This document shows positions 49,830-61,519 of a DNA stretch of 64,000 bases, piece after piece. Each line of letters begins with the position of its first letter. The first letter of the stretch is position 1. The translations under genes were made by a program, and so were the position numbers. The stretch comes from Octopus sinensis (taxonomy: Eukaryota): assembly GCF_006345805.1 (NCBI RefSeq), contig NC_043002.1, forward strand, positions 8,804,001-8,868,000, read 5' to 3'. The notes beneath the pieces are model-generated. The model saw only the letters and a program-made list of their open reading frames with translations, made no database searches and was not told the DNA's origin.

Positions 49830-51120
49830 AATAGGGTTAGAATGCCCCCTGGAGGAGTGGGGCAATTATTTTTTGAGTGTCAGTATTTTCCGCCACATTA
49901 GTTGCTACAACGGACGGAATTGATGTTGATACTCGATGCTGTGTTACGGCTGTTGTTTCCCCTGTCTCCTCTGCAACTGTCGATGTTGCTGAATTTTCTG
50001 TTGCTGTCCCAGATTTTATCATTTTTTGTCTCCTTTGTTTTCCCTTGCTGCTACAGTTGGTACTGCTTCAGTTGTTGCACAATCTCGCTCTTATTGTTGT
50101 TGCTACTGTTTGTTTGTTTGTTGAGCGAAGCGGTCTTCATGGGAGACGTCCGAAACGTGGTCCTTTGCTATTCGTAAGACCAGCAGTAGAGAAAGCAGGT
50201 CAACCCCCGACACCGGCCAGGCTCAGTGGTTGCGTAGGAAGTCGGGGACAAGAAACAGGAAGAAAGAGTGAGAGAAAGTTGGAGCGAAAGAGTACAACAG
50301 GGGTCACCACCACCCCCTGCCGGAGCCTCGTGGAGCTTTAGGTGTTTTCGCTCAATAAACACACACAACGCCCGGTCTGGGAATCGAAACCGCGAGTCCG
50401 CTGCCCTAACCACTGGGCCATTGCGCCTCCACTGTTCTGTTGTTATATCCGCGATGGTGTCTGCAGCAGTTAAAGTCTTCCTTCCCCCTTTCTTGATTTG
50501 GTTGTGTGGGTAAAATGCTCAGATTTTTCATCATTCACAGATGTGGCATTTCAATTGTCTGCTATCTCCAACAAGGCGTTACTCTGTTCTATTCAGCAGG
50601 GAGATCAAATCTCCATCTGGTTGGGCTTTTCAAAGAGAAGAACCTCCAGTGTGGTCCCAGTCCTGCGATCCCTCCTTGTTCTTTTAACATCATGAGAGTA
50701 TCACTGCCCTCAAGGACTATGCATTCGAGAATCCACCAAAGGTCCAATTTTTTTGGAACCCCAGTATAGTTATCTTTACTGCCCATCTTTCTAAATGAGT
50801 AAGAAAGAGAACAAGATTCTTGTTGTAGCGAGCGGCCACTGAGTGCTGGATTGCAGGGACCTCAATCTTAAACAAGACCTCATCTCCGCCGAAATATCTT
50901 GCCCTAGATATTTAGTTGATGTTCTACTTACATCTTAGGAGGGTTCTTTTTATTTGGGTATTTGTAGAAGTCTCCAATCGCTGGGATTTAAGACTCATTC
51001 ATTGGAATGGAATAGTTTTCTTGGCAAGAGTTTCAGGAGGGGATGAGTAAGGTCTTCCCTTCTCCCTCAACTTTTCTAAATTGAGCTACATCTGCCAATT
51101 TTCAGGTTTTGTTGCCGAGA
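49830..51120 (-). mobile_element. Possible degenerate LINE ORF1-like remnant, split by a SINE
   Basis: Broken frames with a Thr/Ala-rich C-terminal stretch and RQLKCHIC knuckle-like motif; weak. Confidence 0.3.
50111..50430 (-). mobile_element. SINE family C, tail type 2
   Basis: Head as 3365; tail as 42754 (GAAACGTGGTCCTTTGCTATTCGTAAGAC). Confidence 0.88.
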
Positions 51121-51966
51121 GAGAGAGAGAAAATAGTTCTTTTGTGGAAACCATGTCAGTGATAGATGTTTTGCAAAGAACGTGCACATGCCAGTGCTAC
51201 CAGCCAAAAGCTCTGCATACCAGAAGCCAGTAAGTATATGGGGCCATCAGGAGAGAATGCACGCCATTTCGGGGCCTATAACTCTCGATGGCATCATTGC
51301 GCACTGCCCCTCCCCCCAACCTCACTGATATGAGGCCCCGCTTGCTAGATCAATTGGTTATCAAATAAAGCTCAATATTCTCCTAGCCATCGCTCAACGT
51401 CTCTTTTTATTATTGTTGCTGTTGGCGATACTGTTACAGCAAAATATGCTGAATACTGTTGTGTATGTCATAGAATAACTTCTCCCTTTTACAATGACAG
51501 CGTGTTAAATACCACTTGTCTCATTGGCACACAGCATTCTGGGGCACCTGTGTTTCAACATGTTTTGCCTTAGAAAATTGGAAGTGACCATAAACTTTCA
51601 TGAGAGGGGCAAGGCTTTCAAATTTTTGTGAGAAAAAAATTCAGATATTCAAAACATTCAAACTTCAAGAGAAAAGTGAGGTATTCAGATTTTCATGATA
51701 ACAATTTCAGATTTACATAAGAAAAATTCAAATTTTTATGCAAAAATTCATATTTTTATGAGAGAAACACAAAAAGGGGCCACACAGATCAAACTCAGAA
51801 CTGTGCTGTTAAGAAACAACCTCCTTAACCACATATCATTCACCTCCACCTATGATTTATAGAAGGAAATTCTGAAAATTCATGTTCTTTTGTATGATTA
51901 AATGGTACACAAAACATGCAATATGTTATCAAGTTGTCAACTTTTAAAAACAATATGAAATGATGC

Positions 51967-51972
51967 TTTATT
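51967..51972 (-). promoter_or_regulatory. Candidate Translin polyadenylation signal AATAAA
   Basis: TTTATT on the plus strand ~70 nt downstream of the stop codon; unverified. Confidence 0.35.
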
Positions 51973-52042
51973 ATTTGAAAAGTTTTCTTAAATCCAGATC
52001 CTACAAAAAGAAAAAAGTTGCATCTCATTAACCTGTCCAAAT

Positions 52043-52264
52043 TCACTGATCTTCTGTTTTATTACTGAGTCCACGAATTGATAAATCATAAACTATTTCC
52101 TCAATTTTTTTCAAGTCATATTTCAAAGCATCGTACCGTTTGCGCAAAGAATCATTTTTCAAATTTAACAGCCTAAATCCAGCATCCAGTTGTGTGACAG
52201 ATTTCTTAATCAGCAATGGTTCTTGGTAATTGCCAGCAGTAACGGAGTTTACAGCCAAGCGAGT
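52043..52264 (-). CDS. TSN: Translin, last coding exon (TRLAVNSVTAGNY...KNDSLRKRYDALKYDLKKIEEIVYDLSIRGLSNKTEDQ*)
   Basis: Near identity to the Translin C-terminus; acceptor TTTTCAG; phase 0; 222 nt including stop. Confidence 0.97.
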   Translation of the reverse strand, partial: TRLAVNSVTAGNYQEPLLIKKSVTQLDAGFRLLNLKNDSLRKRYDALKYDLKKIEEIVYDLSIRGLSNKTEDQ

Positions 52265-52356
52265 CTGAAAAGTATAACAAAAAATTCAACAGAAATTTGT
52301 TTTAAAAACGGGAAGCAGATCTTATAAATAAAAAAAAAAACAATCCCTTGAATATA

Positions 52357-52589
52357 TATTTCTTTATTGCCCACAAGGGGCTAAACATAGAGGGGACAAA
52401 CAAGGACAGACAAAGGGATTAAGTTGATTACATCGACCCCAGTGCGTAACTGGTACTTTATTTATTGACCCCAAAAGGATGAAAGGCAAAGTCGACCTTA
52501 GCAGAATTTGAACTCAGAACGTAAAGGCAGACGAAATACCACTAAGTATTTCGCCCGGCACGCTAACATGTCTGCCAGCTCACTGCCTT
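52357..52589 (-). mobile_element. SINE family A in the last TSN intron; 16-bp TSD CAATCCCTTGAATATA
   Basis: TSD at 52341-52356 and 52590-52605. Confidence 0.92.
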
Positions 52590-53619
52590 CAATCCCTTGA
52601 ATATACTCTAGTTATAAACACAGTTGTGCTTTTTTTTTTTGGAAGGGGGTTGTCATGAAAAATTTCAGTAAAAATACATCACATTACAGCAAAACTTTCA
52701 AAAATGTAACCTTTCTGTAATACTAGGGATTGCTGTACACTGAGTTTATGTTGTCTACAGATGGATGCATAAATTAGCTTAAAAGGAACAGGAATCAAAG
52801 ATAAAATATGTTCCTGTCTCAAATAGAAATGTTACAAACAGATTCCCATAAACTGGGTCTTGGACATCTTCTTAAGCAATCACTAGCAAACTTTGTGGTT
52901 CTCAAACTGATAAAACCAGTCCACTTCTCAAAAAATATTATCAAAATTTGCACACCACTCCCCCACGTTCTCAATGAGACGGCAAAATTTTGCATCCAAA
53001 TAATTGTGTTTTTCTTAACCAAAATATTTCACAAGTTCAAAAACTTAGAAACCAACCTAATTTTGTTTAACGCTAATTTTATTTAGCCCTGTGGAGGGCT
53101 CTTCATTGGGCCTTGGGCCCAAAAATGACACCTCATGCATTGAGTACATATTAAATTTTATTAAACTTGACCGAAAAATGATTCTTTACGCATTTTGCCC
53201 CTGAAACCCCTTCCTTTTCAAATCAATCCCACATTTTTAACATCATCCCTTCCCACTTTATTTTCCACCAATCTCCCTTTTCTATGCTTCCAAGATCCAT
53301 CTTAGAACTGCCATTACCTTATTGCTAACACCATCTATTATCTGTTATCAATCTCATCACCCTGGTATGTCTGTCACTGACAACCCACTTTTCCTCCTAC
53401 CTCTTTGTCCACCACTTTAGCCACCCCTACATACCTGTGACATCCATCTACCTGTGTACATTTCTCCCCACTCACTGCTACTCCCCCACACCACACATCA
53501 TTCGCACATTTTTTGATCTACCTACAGATTTATCATACTATTTGCTATCCTTGCTTCCTCCTTCCTGAGCCATTCCTATTCTTTCAACTAATTTGATATT
53601 TATCAGCAATCACACTTTC

Positions 53620-54062
53620 TATTTCTTTACTACCCACAAGGGGCTAAACACTGAAGGGACAAACAAGGACAAACAGATTAAGTCGATTATATCGACCCCA
53701 GTGCATAACTGGTACTTATTTAATCAACCCTGAAAGGATGAAAGGCAAAGTCGACCTCGGCGTAATTTGAACTCAGATGTAGTGACAGACAAAATACTGC
53801 TGAGCATTTTGCCCGGTGTGCTAACGTTTCTTATTTCTTTATTGCCCACAAGGGGCTAGACATAGAGGGGACAAACAAGGACAGACAAAGAGAACAAGTC
53901 GATTACATCAACCCCAGTGCGTAACTGGTACTTTATTTATCGACCCCGAAAGGATGAAAGGCAAAGTCGACCTCGGCAAAATTTGAACTCAGAACGTAAT
54001 GACAGACGAAATACTGCTAAGCATTTCGCCCGGCGCGCTAACATTTCTGCCAGCTTGCTGCC
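53620..54062 (-). mobile_element. SINE family A dimer with a single 20-bp TSD
   Basis: TTATCAGC(A/G)ATCACACTTTC at 53600-53619 and 54063-54082. Confidence 0.9.
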
Positions 54063-54284
54063 TTATCAGCGATCACACTTTCATTCACCTCAGCATCCAA
54101 CTCTAGCCATCTGTCTCTCATCTCTCACATTCCAATAAACTCATCCATCCATCGTTCCCAATCCTTAGACCAACCTTCTTGTATCTTGAGAGAATCTACT
54201 GACATCTCATCTTCACCATTATTGTCTTCGTTCCAGTTACATCTATACATTCTTATATAAGCTATACTTCCCTGGGCATGGATA

Positions 54285-54730
54285 CATTGAAACTCTTACG
54301 TCTGGCAGCTGACTTGGCAGACACCCATAAAATTATTAACCATCTTACAAACAATAACTCTGAGCACCTTTTCAAACTCCACCTGTCTAACACCCGTGGA
54401 CATGTTTACCAAGTCAGAAAACAGCACAGCTCCCATGACTTTCAGAAACATTTTTTCATGCTAAGAGTTGCTGAAGCATGGAACAAACTGCCGGCATCAG
54501 TTGTTATTTGTCGGAGCACTGCATCCTTCAAAACTTCCATGCTTCCTGAGATTCGCCAACACTACACCTGATTTTCTCCCCTCCATACACACGCAAGCAT
54601 GTATCTGACTCATACACTGTCCGCTTTCCAGACATTTGTACATTACTGCAAATACTTTATACGCACCTTTGACAAGTTGTGGTGCACCTGAGCACTGTAT
54701 ACAATAATTTCATTATTATTCTTATTATTA
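54285..54730 (+). mobile_element. CR1-clade LINE 3' end with (ATT)n tail
   Basis: DLADTHKII...NTRGHVYQV...KHFFMLRVAEAWNKLPASVV...ASFK. Confidence 0.85.
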
Positions 54731-54859
54731 TAATGCAGGATAGCCATGTATCTCCTCTATAGCAAGAACCTTGTGTTTGTTCTACTGCCTAGCATAATGC
54801 CACCTCCAACTCTAATATAACCCCAAGGTCTTTTCTTTGTCTTACAAGTCACAAGGTAA

Positions 54860-55076
54860 CCTCACTAGTGCTGGTATCAAAAAAAGCACACAGTACACTC
54901 TGTAAAGTTGTTGGCATTATGAAGGGCATCCACCAGCCACAGAAGCCATGCCCAAAACGGACATTGGAGCTCAACGTAGTACTCTGGTTTGTTGGATCCG
55001 GTCAAGCCAGCCAACCTATGCTAGCATGGAAAACAGACATTAAATAACGATGATGACAATGATGATGATGATGATT
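54860..55076 (+). mobile_element. RTE 3' UTR fragment with (GAT)n tail
   Basis: Diverged copy of 2740-2935; ends ~20 nt from the TSN exon 5 donor. Confidence 0.8.
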
Positions 55077-55097
55077 CTAACAGGATTTATCACTTAC

Positions 55098-55177
55098 AAG
55101 TTCTGTTGCCATTTGTAAAAGGCCCATAAGGAAATCTTCAAGATCCAAGTGAAAACCACATTTTCTATCCACTTTTA
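55098..55177 (-). CDS. TSN: Translin coding exon (KVDRKCGFHLDLEDFLMGLLQMATEL), 80 nt
   Basis: TTTTTAG acceptor, GTAAGT donor, FHLDxEDxLxG motif; in frame with neighbours. Confidence 0.96.
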
Positions 55178-55312
55178 CTAAAAACACAAAATAAAAAGGG
55201 AAAAATTATTAACAGTCTACAGATAAAGCAACATTTTCTTTAACAACCATTTCAAAGCAAAACATGACATAAAGCTTGTGAAAAAAACACATTGCTACTC
55301 AATCATCAACAT

Positions 55313-55671
55313 ACTCTTTTACTTGTTTCAGTCATTTGACTGCGGCCATGCTGGAGCACCGCCTTTAGTCGAGCAAATCGACCCCGGGACTTATTCTTTG
55401 TAAGCCCAGTACTTATTCTATCAGTCTCCTTTTGCCGAACCGCTAAGTAACGGGGACGTAAACACACCAGCATCGGTTGTCAAGCAATGCTAGAGGGACA
55501 AACACACACATACATATATATACGACAGGCTTCTTTCAGTTTCCGTCTACCAAATCCACTCACAAGGCATTGGTCCACCCGGGGCAAGACACTTGCCCAA
55601 GATGCCACGCAGTGGGACTGAACCCGGAACCATGTGGTTGGTTAGCAAGCTACTTACTACACAGCCACTCC
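55313..55671 (-). mobile_element. SINE family B
   Basis: Consensus match. Confidence 0.9.
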
Positions 55672-56246
55672 TTTTCATGTTTTTACATTTTGTACCTATT
55701 TACAACAGATATTCCTGTGAAAATGGCCTTCTTACAACACATACACTTATGATAACAGCTTTCTTTAATTTCCTATGCAAATTTATGTGCTCTAAGCTGG
55801 TATTACACCAACCTATTTTACTGTAAGTCGAAGCAGACTGGCAAAGTCAATAAGTCATTGAACACAACCAACTGCTATATTATGACTTCAAAGGAACTGC
55901 AGACTATTTGTTTCAGGAAATGATGTATCTTCTTTAAATGGCTTTGGTCATTGGACTGTAACACTGCCACCAACATGGTTTTTTGTTTTTTTGTCCATTA
56001 TGCTGAATGCAACACACTTCGTCTGAAACTCTCCATTTATCTGTTCCCTCAGAAACAAACGGCTAGCGTAACCTTATTGTGAAGGGAGGTAACTCGTGCA
56101 GCAGTGACCATCACCAGATATATTTTTACTTAGAATCGTTAGAGCATTGGATAGAATGCCTTGCCTTTCATCAATAAATAATGAGTCTAGTGTTGGATCA
56201 ATTCTCTCTCCTCACCTTCTCTCTCTCTCACTCCCTATATATATAT

Positions 56247-56606
56247 AGGCGCAGGAGTGGCTATACCAACCACATGGTTCCGGGTTCAGTCCCACTGCAT
56301 GGTACCTTGGGTAAGTGTCTTCTACTATAGCCACAGGCCAACCAAAGCCTTATGAGTGGATTTGGTAGACGGAAACTGAAAGCCCGTAATATGTGTGTGT
56401 GTGTCTGTGTTTGTCCCCACCAACATCGCTTGGCAACCAATGCTGATGTGTTTACATCCCCTTTAACTTGGCAGTTCAGCAAAACAGACCGACAGAATAG
56501 GTACTAGGCTTACAAAGAATAAGTCTTGGGGTCGATTTGCTCAACTAAAGGCAGTGCTTCAGCATGACCACAGTCAAATGACTGAAACAAGTAAAAGAAT
56601 AAAAGA
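56247..56606 (+). mobile_element. SINE family B
   Basis: Consensus match with small deletions. Confidence 0.88.
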
Positions 56607-56800
56607 AAATACACACACACAGATCACTTCGTGCTTTTAATAAGATGCCTTCACTTTGTCCAAGATTTTTAACAATTCCTGGTACTTCTTTACCCACACC
56701 CTTACCTATCCTCATTAAATTCCTGTGAAGTTTGGAAAAACTGTTGTGCTTAGGAACCAATTTATGCAAGTCAAAAGAGAAATCAGAAGAAACAACTTAC

Positions 56801-56916
56801 AGCCTAACATCTCAGCAGTGTCTTCATAACATATTAAACCATGGTGTTGAAGGTAGAATAAAAACGCAGCCAAGAATGAAAGCCTTTGTGTGACGAATCT
56901 CCAATGATCGTGGAAT
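56801..56916 (-). CDS. TSN: Translin coding exon (FHDHWRFVTQRLSFLAAFLFYLQHHGLICYEDTAEMLG), 116 nt
   Basis: GTTTTAG acceptor, GTAAGT donor, RFHxHWRFVxQRLxFLAA motif. Confidence 0.97.
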
Positions 56917-57039
56917 CTAAAACAAAAAGGAAACATTTTAATACATCGAATGTATTTTTATAACATGTTTCTATAACATTTTGGCTTGCCCTTAAATCCT
57001 ATTCACATACACTAATGTATTTTGCTATTAGCTAAGTTT

Positions 57040-57430
57040 GAACTCTTTAACCCGACATTCCACATGCATATCCCAAGTGACGGGACGCCCTGTTTGCCGC
57101 GGAGTCTCCAAAGACGCAGGAACAGAATGACCTCGAAGCCGCCAGTTGCCGATCAGATGCCTCTTGGAATTTTCACCAGAGCCCCATTGGCCAGGCTGTG
57201 GCCCTAATACTGCTTGGTGCCAGACCATTCCGCCTTGGGTGGCCCTACCAGGAACCAAAGTTCCCGATGGCACAGTTCTGACACTGCCCATTTACACCAC
57301 CCTACCGCTTTGAGGATATGCATGCGAGATGTCGGGGACTGCTTGTAAATTCAATATTCCCATGAAACTTCTATAAGAGAAGAAGCTGGCTCAACCCACC
57401 CTGGGTGAACGCCGTCACAAGTACAAGTAA
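57040..57430 (+). mobile_element. Short RTE-derived element with inverted 5' part
   Basis: 57063-57290 is the reverse complement of 25891-26075; 57314-57430 is colinear with 26070-26230. Confidence 0.75.
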
Positions 57431-59289
57431 GAACAATGTATAATTGAAAAATAGATGGAAAGGTATTTGAAGTGCATGACTAGCCCACATGATGTGTATA
57501 TATATATACATATAATATATATATGACAAACTTCATTCAGTTAGAATATAAGAGAGGAGTGAAATAGCTTTTGGAACATTTTATCAAACAATTTCATTGA
57601 AACAACCATGTGTGTCTCTGGTGGCTCAGTATATTTTGCTTCTTGTAATTCTTTACAAGTCTGCAGGATGCACATACATCATATAGAGAGAGATTACGCA
57701 AACCAAGTTGCAGCTTGTGAGGAAATTAGCCAATGAATCAATAATTACATCCAACTTTTGAAGAACTAGAAGTAATGCACTCAAAACTAAGATGAAGCTA
57801 CACAAATTTCAGTTCCTAAAGTTCTTTCATGACCATTTCCCCAACAAAACAAACTGACTTAAATGTTCCAATTGATTCTGAAAGTAATCACCTGGGGATT
57901 TAGTAAAATAATTAACTTTGCCATTATCAGACTAGTGGATTAGCAGAATCATTACAAAGGTATTTATTCCTGCTCTTTTAAGTTCAAACTAGCCAAACTC
58001 AACTTTGTCTTTCATCTATCTGGTATCAATAAAATGAAGTATTAGTTAAGCTACTTGGGTAGATATTATGGACCGATTTCTTTGGTTCGGTCGAACTTGC
58101 GATGGATTTAGGTGGATTCCAGTATTTCAGTTTATTTCACCTTTATGGTACACCTGTTCTGTTGTGCATTAAATTCAACTGATGATCTAGTGATGTGCAC
58201 AATTCTTCTTTATCAAAATTTTGTTGCATACCTAATTGAATATTAGCTGATGATTCATTTTCTAAGGTGATGTTTAAACAAAATTTTAATATTTTCACTT
58301 TTTGTTCAGTTTACCTGGATTTACCTGTAATTAAAGTCAAAAGTTATGCAATAGAATTGATTAAGAACCCTTTCTTTAATTATGTTCCAAATATCACATT
58401 AATATGTTGATAAGTTAAAAAGTTAGAGTTATTTAATGAAGCTAGTCTAACTTCATGATTATTTTAGAATTTAATTGAAACTCATGAGGGGTGTATTTTG
58501 GTCAGAAACATAATAACGAAAGGGTTAATCCCCTTAGGCAAATTCTGCCCTTTTCATGTTATTAAACTGATGCTTAAAATATAACTTAGCAAAAGGTTCC
58601 TGCATAAAATTATGCTTGAAGCCTATTTGAATGTGAACAGGAGATTTTGTATCATAGAACTAGTGATGGTTTTAGGCAAGCTGGTATCTAAATTATCTTA
58701 TGATGTAAATCCAATATCTCTTAGTTAACACACTTCCACAATGTTAGTTGAGGTTATGCAAACCAGATTTTATATTCTTAATTTATTTTCCTGTTAATGG
58801 ATAATTAAAGGATTAATTATGATTATGAAGCACAAGACAATTAATAGTAACAGGTCTTCAAAGAGTAAAATGCTTAAGAGACTACTATGGATTTATATAA
58901 ATGGATTCCACTGGTGTATAACTAGCAAAGATGAAAACAAATCTGCACACATGCCTAAACATATGAATTCCCTTCATTAAACTTATAATTAAATATTCCT
59001 ATTGTTACAATAAACAATCTTTATATTCTGGTAACTATCAAGAAACATAGACATCTCAGTTGTATCCAATAGCATCTGAACCAAATTGAGGTTAGATGAT
59101 TTATAACCTTACATTAAAAGCACTTCTCAACTCCCTATACTTAAAATTACCCTTCCTATCCTACACATGTCAAACTGCTGTAAATAGCAAGTATTCTTTA
59201 TCATATACCTCACATCTGTAACCACATACATATATGGATTCCTTCACAACAGACCATCTAGTATCCCCTCCCCCTACCCATATCGCACA

Positions 59290-59382
59290 GGGGTCGATAT
59301 AATTGACTTAATCCGTTTGTCTGTCCTTGTTTGTCCTCTCTTTGTGTTTAGCCCCTTGTGGGTAGTGAAGAAATAGGTATTG
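59290..59382 (+). mobile_element. SINE family A 3' fragment
   Basis: GGGGTCGATATAATTGACTTAATCCG...GAAATAGGTATT. Confidence 0.85.
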
Positions 59383-59472
59383 AAAAATATTAAATTAAAA
59401 TATTAAAATATATAAGTAGTTCTTCCAAATAAAATATTGAAACACATACAAAAAATTTAAGACAGAGATTAC

Positions 59473-59569
59473 CTGTAGAATTGGTTATCAGGCACTTTGC
59501 TTGCAATGTTTGCATATTGTTCCTTAATTTTGCTAAAATAACCTTTGGCTTTTTCACAGATTTCTGGGA
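59473..59569 (-). CDS. TSN: Translin coding exon (PEICEKAKGYFSKIKEQYANIASKVPDNQFY), 97 nt
   Basis: CTTTCAG acceptor, GTAATC donor; phases 1 and 2 join the neighbouring exons in frame; P.xQ(F/Y)YR motif. Confidence 0.93.
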
Positions 59570-59714
59570 CTGAAAGAGAACCGGTAAAATAGTAAAGCAA
59601 TACTGAATTATAACATTAATTCTTTACTAGCTGGACCCGTGAAAAACTCACGGAAAACATAAAAAATGAAAGCATCTGTAAACAGTGTACTGGTGCCATG
59701 AGAAGTGTTTGTAT

Positions 59715-59850
59715 ATTCTGACCGTCTGTCTTTACGTTCTGATTTCAAATTCTGCTGAGGTCGACTTTGCCTTTCATCCTTTGTGGCTCGATAAATTAAG
59801 TACCAGTTGTGCACTGTGGTAAATTTAATCAACTGGTCCCCCTCTCCCCA
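59715..59850 (+). mobile_element. SINE family A-related fragment
   Basis: TTACGTTCTGATTTCAAATTCTGCTGAGGTCGACTTTGCCTTTCATCC. Confidence 0.8.
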
Positions 59851-60017
59851 CAAAAATTTCAGGCCTAGAAAAGTATATTGTGACAGTTACAGAATATAGA
59901 AAGTAATGTAACACCAATGACTATATAATCCAACCAAAATATCTCAGTTACACAAACGTAAACGTAAATACTATTTAGACTTAAAATACATTGTACATAT
60001 TCAAAGAACCTTCTTGG

Positions 60018-60361
60018 TTCTGGGTTCAATCCCACTGCATAGCACCTTGGGTAAGTGTCTTCTACTATAGCCTCGGGCCGACCAAAGCCTTGTGAGTGGA
60101 TTTGGTAGACGGAAACTGAAAGAAGCCTGTCGTATATATGTATATATATGTATGTGTGTGTGTGTGTCTGTATTTGTCCCCACAACATCGCTTGACAACA
60201 GATGCTGTGTGCTTACATCCCCGTAACTTAGCGGTTTGGAAAAAGGGACCGATAGAATAAGTACTAGGCATACAAAGAATAAGTCCTGGGGTCGATTTGC
60301 TCGACTAAAGGTGGTGCTACAGCATGGCCACAGTCAGAAGACTGAAACAAGTAAAAGAGAG

Positions 60362-60392
<31 letters not shown>

Positions 60393-60919
60393 TATAGCCT
60401 TGGGTCGACCAAAGCTTTGTGAGCAGACTTCGTAGATGGAAACTGAAAGAAAATCTGTTGTATATATGTGTATATTTGTTTGCGTGAGTGTGTCTGTATC
60501 CCCACCATCACTTGACAACTGATGTTGGTGTGTATATATATATGTGTGTATGTATGTTACAGTCATTTAATTGCAACCATGCTGGAGCACCAACTTCAGT
60601 TGAACAAATCGACCCCAAGACTTATTCTTTGTAAGCGTAGTACTCATTCGATCGGTCTCTTTTGCCCAACCGCTAAGTTGCAGGGACATAAACGCACCAG
60701 CATTAGTTGTCAAGCGATGGTGGGGGACAATACACAAAAATATACACACACACATACATATGGGCTTCTTTCAGTTTCCATCTCCTGAATCCACTCACAA
60801 GGCTTTGGTTGGTCGGCCCGAGGCTATAGTAGAAGACACTGGCCGAAGGTGCCATGCAGTGGGACTGAACCCAGAACCATGTGGTTGAGAAGCAAGTGTT
60901 TTACCATACAGCCATGCCG

Positions 60920-60921
<2 letters not shown>
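60018..60921. mobile_element. Cluster of SINE family B copies: ~60018-60361 (+), ~60393-60530 (+, partial), ~60560-60921 (-)
   Basis: Consensus matches in both orientations. Confidence 0.88.
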
Positions 60922-60969
<48 letters not shown>

Positions 60970-61316
60970 TCATGAAACAATTGTACTACTCTACCTTGGA
61001 TATCCTTGTTGCTTATTTTGATTATAATCACCCCATTTGATTTATATGGATAATACCATACCAAATTCTGGTGCCTTTAACTTAAGTACCATATTCATCT
61101 GAATCTAAATTTTGCTGAACTTATATATATATATATATTCCTGCTGACTAGTTCTTCCATTATTTCTAGCTATTGTATTTATGGCCTTACTGATATGTAA
61201 ATGCTTCCAAGAGTACTGTCTTTGGTGTATTGCTAGGTTTACCTTGTGAAATAGAAATCTATAGGCACAATATGGGAGAACTAGATGTAAACTGGTACCA
61301 AATATATATAACAAAC

Positions 61317-61410
61317 CTCTTTGATGGTTCTCAACCTGATGAATTGACTGTAGTAGAGTTAGCACTTCTCTGGCTGTGTCTTCCAGGTCGTTCACAGCTT
61401 CTCTGATTTT
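61317..61410 (-). CDS. TSN: Translin coding exon 2 (KIREAVNDLEDTAREVLTLLQSIHQVENHQR), 94 nt
   Basis: TTTCTACAG acceptor, GTTTGT donor; colinear with human EIRKVVQSLEQTAREILTLLQGVHQ; exon 1 not found in the window. Confidence 0.94.
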
Positions 61411-61519
61411 CTGTAGAAACCAAATAACACAAATTTCAATTGAACAAGGCCTTTTCTCAAAAATTTCATGGAATTGATATTGAAACATTATTCACATTTT
61501 TCATTTTTTCATTTTTTGT

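Noticed and set aside
52043-61410. TRAX (TSNAX) rather than Translin
   Set aside because: RFHDHWRF and KNDSLRKRYD are Translin motifs; the exon 5 helix reads GLLQMATEL and lacks the TRAX-type acidic DLTGE motif
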